Positions 45,972-55,235 of a DNA stretch of 64,000 nt are shown piece after piece. A program made the position numbers and the translations under genes. Position 1 is the stretch's first letter, and every line of letters begins with the position of its first letter. The notes beneath the pieces are model-generated. The model had not been told where the DNA came from. It saw only the letters and a list, made by a program, of their open reading frames with translations, and did not search any database. Origin of the DNA: Chloroflexota bacterium (GTDB taxonomy: Bacteria > Chloroflexota > Dehalococcoidia > Lucifugimonadales > UBA2962). The stretch covers positions 61,981 through 125,980 of the forward strand of contig PAAV01000049.1 in NCBI GenBank assembly GCA_002699485.1, read 5' to 3'.

Positions 45972-46754
45972 GTGACAAATATAAAAGAGCCAGCAAAAAA
46001 TTTTAAAAGCCAAAAAAAACTATTGGAAGTTAAGGTCAATAGAAGAGAAGACATTACTGACGACTTGTTGAAAATTTGGATTGAAAAACCTGAGGAATAT
46101 ATATTTAAACCGGGCCAATACTGCACTATTGGAATAAATGGAATTGAAAGAGCATATTCTATAGTTTCAGCCCCTTATGAACGTGACCTTGAATTATTTG
46201 TGGAGTTAGTGCCTGAAAATGAAGGTGGTGTTTTAACTCCATTAATATGGGATTTAAGTGCCGGGGATTCGATTACAATAAGGCCAAGGGCTAAGGGTAT
46301 CTTTGTTTTCAACAATGAATGGCGGAAACATTTGTTACTTGCAACTGTCACAGGTGTGGTTCCATATGTAAGTTTTATTAGAGATTACATAAAAAAAATT
46401 GAAAAACAGGAATTACAATCTACCCAGCACGAAATGCATGTGTTAATGGGAGCCAGCTATCTCGATGAATTCACATATGATTCAGAACTAGAGGAGGCCG
46501 CTTCTAAATACCCTGATTTAGTGACATTTGTTCCTACTGTAAGTAGGCCCGATGAGCAAAAGAATGCATTATGGACCGGGGCAAAAGGTCGAGTTAATGC
46601 CATTGTCGAAGACTACATAAATGATAAGGAACTTTCACCTGAAGACACTTTAATATATGCATGTGGCCATCCAGGAATGATCGAAGATGTTAAGAGTAAG
46701 ATGGTTCCACTTGGCTTCACAGTGGATGAAGAGAGATTTTGGAAAGAAGATTAG
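45972..46754 (+). CDS. fpr: Ferredoxin--NADP(+) reductase (bacterial Fpr type)
   Basis: RAYSIVSAP (RxYS FAD motif), ATVTGVVPYVSF, YACGHPGMIEDV and a C-terminal ERFWKED. GTG start. Confidence 0.8.
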   Translation: MTNIKEPAKNFKSQKKLLEVKVNRREDITDDLLKIWIEKPEEYIFKPGQYCTIGINGIERAYSIVSAPYERDLELFVELVPENEGGVLTPLIWDLSAGDSITIRPRAKGIFVFNNEWRKHLLLATVTGVVPYVSFIRDYIKKIEKQELQSTQHEMHVLMGASYLDEFTYDSELEEAASKYPDLVTFVPTVSRPDEQKNALWTGAKGRVNAIVEDYINDKELSPEDTLIYACGHPGMIEDVKSKMVPLGFTVDEERFWKED

Positions 46755-46852
46755 ATAACTGTCTGTATAAACAGCCTATTTAAATTGCAAATAAATTTAT
46801 CATTTCCTATAAGTTTTTTGTCTCTTGATATCTACACCGTTACAATGACTGA

Positions 46853-49432
46853 ATGACAACTCCCGCGCGCCTTCAATATCTTAAGATTAAAAAACAATAT
46901 TCTGAAGAAATTTTGTTCTTTAGAATGGGTGATTTCTATGAAACATTTGACGATGACGCCGAGATTGTTTCCAGAGTGTTGGAAATAGCTTTAACTTCCA
47001 GAGAATTTGGTAAGTCTAATCGAATTCCGATGGCAGGAATACCTTACCATGCCCTTAATAACTATCTTGGAAGATTAATAAATAAAGGGTACAAAGTAGC
47101 ACTGTGTGAACAGGTTTCTGATGTGGGAGAATCTAAAGGCCCTGTTGAAAGAAAAGTAGTTCGAGTTGTCACGGCTGGAACAGTTATTGAAGACAACATG
47201 CTCGATCCAAAAACTAACAACTATTTAGCAGCAATTGTTGTATCGGAAAATCAAGCCGGCTTATCTTATGCAGATATTACTACAGGTCAGTTTTATACTT
47301 CACAAATTCCGATTGATAAACTAGAGGCTCAGTTGTCAATATTGGCCCCTGGAGAGACACTGGTTAATGATGCTTGCACACTAAATTTAAGTAACACATA
47401 TATAAGTAATCTGCCAAAAGTATCTGAAAGTATCGAAGTTTCAACTGAAGCTTTACAAAGTCATTTTAAGGTTCATTCCTTAGACTCTTTTGGTCTCACA
47501 AATTCTCCCCTAGCTATTCAGGCCGCGGCAGGCATCTTGGCGTATTTGCAGAATAACCAGTCAGGAGCTGTGTCGACATTACATACCATAAAAAGTTTTT
47601 CAATTGAAGAATATATGGTTTTAGATCGGCAAACTAGCCATAACTTAGAACTGTTTCAAAGCGGGAGATGGGGTGATCAAGACACCAGCTTATTTACTGT
47701 ATTAAATAAAACTTTTACACCAATGGGAGCTAGGTTGCTAAGAGAATGGATTAGTCGTCCGTTAATTGAAATTAAACCATTAGAGGAACGCCAAAAGAAA
47801 GTAGAGTGGTTTTACACAAATTCACAAGGGCGTCAGAAAGTGGGCTCTTTGCTAAGAAGAATTTCGGATATCGAACGCTTAATAAATAAAACGAAATCTG
47901 GCTCAGCAAACCCCAATGATTTAATAGCAATTAGAGAGAGTCTAGCCAAAATACCAAAAATCAAAGAAATCTTGGTTGATAAGACTGTTCCGGAAATTAA
48001 TAGCATTTCAAATCAATTATTAGATCATCAAGAAATAATTAACTTGATTGAAAACTCTATTCGTGAACAACCTAGTCAGATTGTAGGAGATGGGAAAGTA
48101 ATAAAGTCAGGATATTCGAATGAATTGGATGAAGTGAGATCTGATGCGGGATCTGCAATTGATTACATTTCAAGATTAGAAACAGATGAAAGACAACGTA
48201 CTGGCATAAAATCGCTTAAGGTCAGTTATAACAAGGTGTTTGGATATTACATAGACGTAAATAAAAGCCACATATCTAAGGTCCCATCCAATTACATCAG
48301 GAGGCAAACTCTTACGAATTCAGAACGATTTATAACTCCTGAGATGAAAGAGTATGAATCCAAGGTGCTATCTGCTAAAGATAAGATAAATGAACTAGAA
48401 AAAAGTGTATATAGAAAAGTCTGTATGGAGCTTTCTGAATCATATGAAAATGTTCTTAAAACTGCAGAACTTATTGCTAACATAGATGTGGTTAGGTCTC
48501 TAGCAGAAGTAGCTGTTTCAAATGAATATATAAGCCCTAAATTAAACAATAAAACTTCGATAGTGGTTAAAGATGGCAGACACCCTACTGTTGAAAAATT
48601 GGTGCCATATGGTGAATTTGTTCCTAACGATGCTAATTTATCAAATGATGACTCTCAATTGATTGTTTTAACTGGGCCAAATATGTCTGGTAAATCTACT
48701 TATATTCGGCAAGTAGCATTAATAGTTCTGATGGCGCAAATTGGGAGCTTTGTTCCTGCCAGCGAGGCTGAAATCGGGTTAGTTGATCGAATATTTACTC
48801 GCGTTGGCTTGAATGACGATATCGCTGTTGGTCAATCAACCTTTATGGTTGAGATGGTTGAAACGGCTTCCATACTGAACCAAGCTACAAATAAATCCTT
48901 AATAGTGCTTGATGAAGTGGGTCGAGGGACATCTACTTATGACGGTTTGGCAATAGCCCAGTCAATAATCGAGTATATTAATTGCAACTCGAATTTAAAA
49001 TGCAGGACGTTATTTGCAACTCATTATCATGAATTGATTAGTATGGCAGAGGAGTTTCCTCGAATCAAAAATTATAATGTGCGAGTTTCAGAGAATCAGG
49101 ATGGGGTGGCGTTTTTACACAATATAGTTCCAGGTGCCGCTACGCGTAGCTATGGGGTTCATGTGGCCAAATTAGCAGGCTTGCCACAAGAAGTTATAAA
49201 GAGAGCCGGTCGAATATTAGATCAATTAGAATCCACCAATGGATCTAATGCTAAAAATAAAAACAGCATCAATGACAGCCAACTATCGTTTGAGTTATCA
49301 GACTCTGAATTAATTGATAGCGTAAAAAGTTTAAATCTTGAGAAGATGACACCATTGGAAGCTATTACCAAGTTGTATGAATTAAAAGATTTAGTTAATC
49401 AAAATGACGATGATAAACATAGAACAATCTAA
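46853..49432 (+). CDS. mutS: DNA mismatch repair protein MutS
   Basis: N-terminal FFRMGDFYETF, GPNMSGKSTYIRQVALI (Walker A), LDEVGRGTSTYDGLAIA and FATHYHEL. Confidence 0.95.
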   Translation: MTTPARLQYLKIKKQYSEEILFFRMGDFYETFDDDAEIVSRVLEIALTSREFGKSNRIPMAGIPYHALNNYLGRLINKGYKVALCEQVSDVGESKGPVERKVVRVVTAGTVIEDNMLDPKTNNYLAAIVVSENQAGLSYADITTGQFYTSQIPIDKLEAQLSILAPGETLVNDACTLNLSNTYISNLPKVSESIEVSTEALQSHFKVHSLDSFGLTNSPLAIQAAAGILAYLQNNQSGAVSTLHTIKSFSIEEYMVLDRQTSHNLELFQSGRWGDQDTSLFTVLNKTFTPMGARLLREWISRPLIEIKPLEERQKKVEWFYTNSQGRQKVGSLLRRISDIERLINKTKSGSANPNDLIAIRESLAKIPKIKEILVDKTVPEINSISNQLLDHQEIINLIENSIREQPSQIVGDGKVIKSGYSNELDEVRSDAGSAIDYISRLETDERQRTGIKSLKVSYNKVFGYYIDVNKSHISKVPSNYIRRQTLTNSERFITPEMKEYESKVLSAKDKINELEKSVYRKVCMELSESYENVLKTAELIANIDVVRSLAEVAVSNEYISPKLNNKTSIVVKDGRHPTVEKLVPYGEFVPNDANLSNDDSQLIVLTGPNMSGKSTYIRQVALIVLMAQIGSFVPASEAEIGLVDRIFTRVGLNDDIAVGQSTFMVEMVETASILNQATNKSLIVLDEVGRGTSTYDGLAIAQSIIEYINCNSNLKCRTLFATHYHELISMAEEFPRIKNYNVRVSENQDGVAFLHNIVPGAATRSYGVHVAKLAGLPQEVIKRAGRILDQLESTNGSNAKNKNSINDSQLSFELSDSELIDSVKSLNLEKMTPLEAITKLYELKDLVNQNDDDKHRTI

Positions 49433-49490
49433 ATTCTGTATTTAATCGAATCTGTGAAATAAAATAACGTCATATAGGGAGTTCAGTCTA

Positions 49491-50285
49491 ATGAATATAA
49501 AAACATTGCCAAACAATCCAAAAGAAATTAGGACTTTGATTAGGAATGGTAAGATCGATAAATCCACAGCTGGGATGGCTCCTGGGTATGTGCAAGCAAA
49601 CCTGGTCATTGTTCCAAAGGGCCTTGCCTTTGAATTCCTGCTTTTTTGTAACCGTAATCCTAAACCATGTCCTGTATTGGAAGTAACTGAAGCCGGTTCT
49701 TATGAACCTGTTTTGATGGCTCCGGGATCAGATCTCAGGTATGACATACCTAAGTACCGCGTTTACCGGCATGGTAAGCTAGATGCCGAGGTTACAGATA
49801 TTGCGGAATACTGGACAGACGATATGGTTGCTTTTCTTACCGGATGTAGTTTCGGTTTTGAAACGGCTTTGATAAGAGCAGGGATACCTCTACGGCATCT
49901 TGAAACTGATACCACTGTACCAATGTTTATAACCAATATCCCAACCAATCCTGCTGGATCTTTTTCAGGTCCGATGGTTGTTTCGATGAGGCCTATTAAA
50001 AAAAAGCAGGTTGTAAGATCAGTACAGGTAACATCTCGTTTTCCATCTGTGCATGGGGCTCCAGTGCAAATTGGTAACCCTGAAGAGATCGGTATTATGG
50101 ATATTAACAAGCCTGATTTAGGAGAACCTATAGAAGTAAAGAATGATGAGGTACCGGTGTTTTGGGCTTGCGGTGTTACTCCTCAGGCAGTAGCGATGAA
50201 ATCCAAGCCCGATTTAATGATTACGCATGCCCCTGGATACATGTTTATTACCGATGCTATTGATGAGGAATATTCAGTTCTGTAA
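49491..50285 (+). CDS. DUF1445/UPF0317 putative hydro-lyase (D-glutamate cyclase C-terminal-domain-like)
   Basis: GYVQANLVIVPK, FCNRNPKPCPVLEV and VFWACGVTPQ. 264 aa is typical of the family. Confidence 0.75.
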   Translation: MNIKTLPNNPKEIRTLIRNGKIDKSTAGMAPGYVQANLVIVPKGLAFEFLLFCNRNPKPCPVLEVTEAGSYEPVLMAPGSDLRYDIPKYRVYRHGKLDAEVTDIAEYWTDDMVAFLTGCSFGFETALIRAGIPLRHLETDTTVPMFITNIPTNPAGSFSGPMVVSMRPIKKKQVVRSVQVTSRFPSVHGAPVQIGNPEEIGIMDINKPDLGEPIEVKNDEVPVFWACGVTPQAVAMKSKPDLMITHAPGYMFITDAIDEEYSVL

Positions 50286-50314
50286 TCGCATTAAGAAAAC
50301 TAAGAGAGTTATAT

Positions 50315-51169
50315 ATGGAAACGATTGAAGATATTATTTTGGACCACGACAGACGAGGCATCTCCTTATTAAGAGAACATTTGCCAATAAACTTTTGCGG
50401 CGAGGCAGCAGAAATTCTGTCAAAAAACTCAGGTACAGTATTTATTGTAACTGGATTTTATATTCTTGCCGCAGAAGCTACGGAAACTGACGGACCTCCA
50501 GGAGCAGTAGTCATTGGAGAGGCTTTATCGAAATTAGACTATAAAGTGGTTTATATTTCTGATTTATATACGACCCCACTGATTAGGTCAGTTGTTGGTA
50601 ATGCTGCAGAGATAATAGATTTTCCAATATTGTCAAATGAAGAAAGTAATAAGTTTGCAAATGATTTGCTAAAGAAATACCAACCCTCTGTTGTTGTTGG
50701 TATAGAGAGATGTGGGTTTACTGATGAATATAAATTTCGGAATATGCACGGTAAAGACATATCGGAGTACAACGCGAAAACGGATTATCTTTTTACAAAC
50801 CATCAAAATACCGTTGCGGTTGGAGATGGAGGCAATGAGGTAGGCATGGGTAATTGCGATCAGATAATTGCCAATAACCCAAAGATACTAATTGAGAAAC
50901 CATGTATTACTAAAGTAAACGAACTTATTGTTGCAAGCACCTCTAATTGGGGAGGATATGGTTTAATCGCAGCCTTATCGGAGAAAAAAAATATTAACTT
51001 ACTTCCTTCAATTCAAAGAGAAGTAGAGATTTTAGACGGATTTGTGGAAGCTGGGGCAGTTGATGGAGTTTCTCAAAAACGTATTAGTAATGTTGATGGA
51101 TTCTCTAAAGAGCAAAATAGTGCCATATTACAGCGACTTCATGATTATCTTCAGTCAATTGGAATCTAA
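50315..51169 (+). CDS. DUF4392-like protein (D-glutamate cyclase N-terminal-domain-like)
   Basis: VTGFYILAAEATETDGPPGAVVIGEAL matches my recollection of the TGF...ETDGPxGA signature of DUF4392. Recognition is less certain than for its neighbour. Confidence 0.45.
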   Translation: METIEDIILDHDRRGISLLREHLPINFCGEAAEILSKNSGTVFIVTGFYILAAEATETDGPPGAVVIGEALSKLDYKVVYISDLYTTPLIRSVVGNAAEIIDFPILSNEESNKFANDLLKKYQPSVVVGIERCGFTDEYKFRNMHGKDISEYNAKTDYLFTNHQNTVAVGDGGNEVGMGNCDQIIANNPKILIEKPCITKVNELIVASTSNWGGYGLIAALSEKKNINLLPSIQREVEILDGFVEAGAVDGVSQKRISNVDGFSKEQNSAILQRLHDYLQSIGI

Positions 51170-51203
51170 ATAGATACCAACTCAAAACATATCTGAGGTC
51201 TTG

Positions 51204-51464
51204 TTACTTGTCTTTCTTAGCTGCAGCCATCTGAGTCATTATGCGTGATTTGCGTCTGGAAGCGTTAGATTTATGAATAGCACCTTTTTTAGCTGCTCTA
51301 TCTAAGGCTGAAACTGCACTTTGGACAAACTCTTGTGCGCTATCAAGTTCATCGGACTCAATAGCAGTTCTTGCTGATGCGATTAAGTTTTTAGCCTTGG
51401 TTCGTAGCGGTGCATTTTGTAAATTTCTGCGAACCGACACACGGTGTGATTTTTTGCTTGGCAT
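51204..51464 (-). CDS. rpsT: 30S ribosomal protein S20
   Basis: MPSKKSHRVSVRRNLQNAPLRTKAKNLI... A basic 86-aa helical protein, the typical S20 pattern. Confidence 0.9.
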   Translation of the reverse strand: MPSKKSHRVSVRRNLQNAPLRTKAKNLIASARTAIESDELDSAQEFVQSAVSALDRAAKKGAIHKSNASRRKSRIMTQMAAAKKDK

Positions 51465-51483
51465 TAATAAATACTCCGAATTA

Positions 51484-53730
51484 TTATTTATTAGAGATAA
51501 CTGATTGATCAGGTGATCTAATTATATTGGTAACACCCTTTACTCCCTCTAGCTTTGAGAACACTTTGTTCAATTCATCTATGCCTCGGGTGTATAAGGT
51601 CATAGTAATGATACTACGATCTGCGACTTCACGCGTTTCGCAATTGGCTATATTAACACGATGTTCAGAGACAAGGGCAGTAATATCTTTCAGAAGTCCT
51701 ACTCTGTCATAAGCATCAATTTGTATATCCACGGGGTACAATGTTCTGGCTTGGCCCCAATCAACTTTTATTAAAGTTTCTTGAACATTTTCGTTCTTAA
51801 TATTAGGGCAATCCGTACGATGTACTGTAACGCCTCTGCTACGTGTAATATAGCCAGCTATATTATCTCCTCTAATTGGGTTACAGCATTGTGCCATTCT
51901 AGTTAACAAATCCCCTACTCCCAACACATCAATCCCGCTGGCCGGGCCAATCGATTTAATTGACTTAGACGAGGGTTCACTATTATTTGGTGCACTTAAT
52001 TTCGCAGCTATCTGAGATACAGTAACCGAGCCTGTGCCGATTGAATGATACAACTCATCAGAAGACTCCATTCCCATGATTTTCGATATCTCGTTTAAGT
52101 TTAAGTTGGTGGTCAATCTTCGAACCTGTTTGCTATATAGCTCTTTACCGCGCTGTATATTAATTCTTTGTTCTTGTCGATTAAACCACTGTCTGATTTT
52201 TTGCCGAGCTGAATTTGTCTTTATATACCCTAAGTTGGGGTTTAACCAATCAATACTAGGCCCACGTTCAGTCTTGCTTGTCACAATTTCAATGCTGTCT
52301 CCATTTTTCAATTTGTATTGTAGAGAAACCAGCTTGCCATTTATATGAGCTCCAACACATTGGTGGCCGATATCAGTGTGTATTTGATAAGCAAAATCTA
52401 ATGGAGTTGAACCGGAAGGTAGTTCTTTTAAATCTCCTTTTGGAGTATATACATATACCTGACTATCAAATATGTCGGTTTTGAAAGATTCAATAAAGTC
52501 TTCAGCTCCACTTACGTCCCTTTGCCAATCAAGTAGTTGGCGTAGCCATAGCATTTTTTTATCAAATTGAGGATCCGAATCCCTACCTTCTTTATAGAGC
52601 CAGTGAGCAGCAACTCCATATTCAGCTAATTCATGCATTTCTGTGGTTCTGATTTGCACCTCTACCGGGAAAGCTCCTTTACATAATACCGCTGTATGAA
52701 TAGATTGATATAAGTTGTCTTTAGGGTTTGCAATATAATCATCAAATTGATCGCGTAATGGACGCCAAAGAGAGTGTACGATTCCGAGCGCGGAGTAACA
52801 GTCGTTTACACCATTAACGATAATCCTGAGAGCAAAAAGATCGTATATATCCCCAATCGTCATATTTTGATCTTGATACCGCTGTATTTTTTTATGAATA
52901 GAGTAGATATGTTTTGGCCTGCCGGTAACAACAGCTTCAATCCCAGAATCTTTCAAAGACTCTGTAAGCTTAGACCGTATCCCTTCTATATATTCTTCTC
53001 TTGAAACTCTTTTGGATCTTAGTAATTTAGAGATCTTTTTATAATCCGTTGGATTTAGATGTTGAAAAGCTAAGTCCTCGAGGCGCCATTTTATTTCCCA
53101 AATACCTAGCCTATGAGCCAGAGGGGCATATATATCTAGTGTTTCTTGTGCTATCGAAAGTCTGCGAGCTTTAGGAAGAGCCTTTAATGTTCTCATGTTA
53201 TGCAATCTGTCTGCCAATTTTATTAATACGACTCTAATGTCCTCTGCCATGGACATAAGTAGTTTTCTCAAATTTTCTACTCGAGCTCGCTCTTTATTCG
53301 AATATAAATCTGATTTAACAGACAATTCTTCATCAGTGTTAATTAAGGATTGGTTAGTAAAAAAATCATCCGTGTCTTCAAAATCAGTTAAAAGCACTGT
53401 GTCTTTTTCGTCTAGAGATTCATTTTTTGTTAGTTTAGTTACTCCGGAAACTAGATTGGCTACTTCTATTCCGAATTCGTTTTCCAAGTCAGTATAAGAC
53501 ACGTCACAGTCTTCCATAACATCATGCAGAAGGGCCGCTGCTATTGCTTTAGAATCAAGCTTAAGTTCTGCCAAGTATATGGCTGTCTGAAGCGGATGCT
53601 CTATAAATGGCTCACCTGAGCGCCGGGTTTGACCGCTATGAGCCTCTTTAGCAAACTCATATGCATTAGCAATTAGGGCCAATTGCTCTTCAGGTATATA
53701 CTTTCCAGCTTTTTTTAATAGGGTTTCCAT
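51484..53730 (-). CDS. rel: Bifunctional (p)ppGpp synthetase/hydrolase (RelA/SpoT homolog)
   Basis: HD domain (HPLQTAIYLAEL...LHDVMEDC), synthetase (YQSIHTAV, EVQIRTTEMHELAEYGVAAHWLYKEG), TGS (YVYTPKGDLKELPSGSTPLDFAYQIH) and a C-terminal ACT-like domain. Confidence 0.9.
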   Translation of the reverse strand: METLLKKAGKYIPEEQLALIANAYEFAKEAHSGQTRRSGEPFIEHPLQTAIYLAELKLDSKAIAAALLHDVMEDCDVSYTDLENEFGIEVANLVSGVTKLTKNESLDEKDTVLLTDFEDTDDFFTNQSLINTDEELSVKSDLYSNKERARVENLRKLLMSMAEDIRVVLIKLADRLHNMRTLKALPKARRLSIAQETLDIYAPLAHRLGIWEIKWRLEDLAFQHLNPTDYKKISKLLRSKRVSREEYIEGIRSKLTESLKDSGIEAVVTGRPKHIYSIHKKIQRYQDQNMTIGDIYDLFALRIIVNGVNDCYSALGIVHSLWRPLRDQFDDYIANPKDNLYQSIHTAVLCKGAFPVEVQIRTTEMHELAEYGVAAHWLYKEGRDSDPQFDKKMLWLRQLLDWQRDVSGAEDFIESFKTDIFDSQVYVYTPKGDLKELPSGSTPLDFAYQIHTDIGHQCVGAHINGKLVSLQYKLKNGDSIEIVTSKTERGPSIDWLNPNLGYIKTNSARQKIRQWFNRQEQRINIQRGKELYSKQVRRLTTNLNLNEISKIMGMESSDELYHSIGTGSVTVSQIAAKLSAPNNSEPSSKSIKSIGPASGIDVLGVGDLLTRMAQCCNPIRGDNIAGYITRSRGVTVHRTDCPNIKNENVQETLIKVDWGQARTLYPVDIQIDAYDRVGLLKDITALVSEHRVNIANCETREVADRSIITMTLYTRGIDELNKVFSKLEGVKGVTNIIRSPDQSVISNK

Positions 53731-53837
53731 ATTAATGACAGGTGTTTTAAGTTAATTACCTTTATTATTCAAGAACTAGTTCAATTACCTATATTAAGAA
53801 TAGTCTATTTACCCAAATTTTAATATCTTTTTACTCT

Positions 53838-53865
53838 TTGAACTGACATCGTATTCGGCGATAAT
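53838..53865 (+). promoter_or_regulatory. Promoter candidate for hisS
   Basis: TTGAAC (53838..53843), a 16-nt spacer, then GATAAT (53860..53865), about 62 nt upstream of the hisS ATG. Confidence 0.3.
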
Positions 53866-53927
53866 CGAAGTGATTGCTATTAGAATTTAAAGAAAATTTA
53901 AGTTAAATCTTAAGGAAATCGATCACG

Positions 53928-55184
53928 ATGATCTTTCAAGCTCCCCGGGGCACATACGATAGGATGCCAGGCCAACAGCGACTTTGGCGAAGAATCAATA
54001 AAGTTTTAGAAGAAATATCAGAGTCATATGGGTATGAGCGAATTGATACTCCAGTAATAGAAGATGCCAAACTATTCTCCAGGGGAGTCGGAGATGTGAC
54101 AGATATTATGGAAAAAGAGACGTACACGTTTCCGGATAGAGGTGGAGACTTGCTTACTCTTAGGCCAGAAGGAACCGCTCCTGTATGCAGAGCTTATATT
54201 GAACACGGCATGCATAACTTACCTCAACCAGTCAGACTTTATTATTTTTGTCCGGTTTTCAGATATGAAAGACCACAGTCTGGAAGATATAGGCAGCATC
54301 ATCAATTCGGGATTGAGGTTTTAGGATCTGCTGAACCTGAAATAGACGTTGAGGTCATTGACCTAGCATGGAATATATTGCAGCGATTAGGTATTTCAGA
54401 CATAAAACTTAAAATCAACACAATGGGTGATAGTGATAGCAGGGGACTATATGTTTCGAACTTGCAAGATTACCTAAAATCGAAAATAGACCAGATGCCG
54501 GAAACGATTAAGGAAAGGATCTCTTCAAACCCGCTACGCGTCCTTGATTCCAAAGATCCAAAAATGTTTGAAATAAATAATAAAGCTCCAAGGTCTATTG
54601 ACTACATTAATTCAGAATCAAGCGAACATTGGGCGACTTTATTAAAGAATCTGGATACCCTTTCTATTCCATATGAAGTGGATCATAAATTAGTTAGGGG
54701 ATTTGATTATTATTCTCGAACTGTATTTGAAATAGTCCCTTCACTCGAGAAGAGTCAAAACACATTAATAGGAGGCGGTAGATATGATGGCCTAATCGAA
54801 ATGCTTGGAGGGAAACCAACTCCCGGCATTGGCTTTGGTATGGGCCTCGAGCGCGTTGCTTCAGCTATTGGAGACACGTCTTCTGAGTCAGAATCGAATA
54901 TTGTGATGAAACTTTTAGTGACACATATTGGAGATGCAGCCAAAGAAAGAGCAGTGTTATTAACTTCAAGAATTAGGAAAGCTGGGATACCAGCTGTTTT
55001 GGCTCCAACTAGGGGAATGAAAAGTCAGTTAAGATATGCAACATCTATATCAGCAACACACGCTATTATTATTGGTGACGATGAATTACAGAATCGTGAG
55101 GTGGTTTTGAGGGACTTCTCAGCACATTCACAAGAAACTATTTTAGAGGCAAATCTTATTGAATATCTTTCGAGCTTTAGTTGA
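53928..55184 (+). CDS. hisS: Histidine--tRNA ligase
   Basis: PRGTYD, LRPEGTAPVCRAY, FRYERPQSGRYRQHHQFG and GGGRYDGL. Confidence 0.95.
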   Translation: MIFQAPRGTYDRMPGQQRLWRRINKVLEEISESYGYERIDTPVIEDAKLFSRGVGDVTDIMEKETYTFPDRGGDLLTLRPEGTAPVCRAYIEHGMHNLPQPVRLYYFCPVFRYERPQSGRYRQHHQFGIEVLGSAEPEIDVEVIDLAWNILQRLGISDIKLKINTMGDSDSRGLYVSNLQDYLKSKIDQMPETIKERISSNPLRVLDSKDPKMFEINNKAPRSIDYINSESSEHWATLLKNLDTLSIPYEVDHKLVRGFDYYSRTVFEIVPSLEKSQNTLIGGGRYDGLIEMLGGKPTPGIGFGMGLERVASAIGDTSSESESNIVMKLLVTHIGDAAKERAVLLTSRIRKAGIPAVLAPTRGMKSQLRYATSISATHAIIIGDDELQNREVVLRDFSAHSQETILEANLIEYLSSFS

Positions 55185-55235
55185 TTCATTCAAGTTAACA
55201 GATAAATGCACAAGTAAAATCGTATTGTCGACAAC

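Noticed and set aside
53731-53927. T-box leader upstream of hisS. I also checked upstream of pheS at 14077..14205 and upstream of serS.
   Set aside because: No T-box consensus (GGUGGUACCGCG-like) or specifier-loop architecture is visible, and the spacers are too short (197, 129 and 22 nt).
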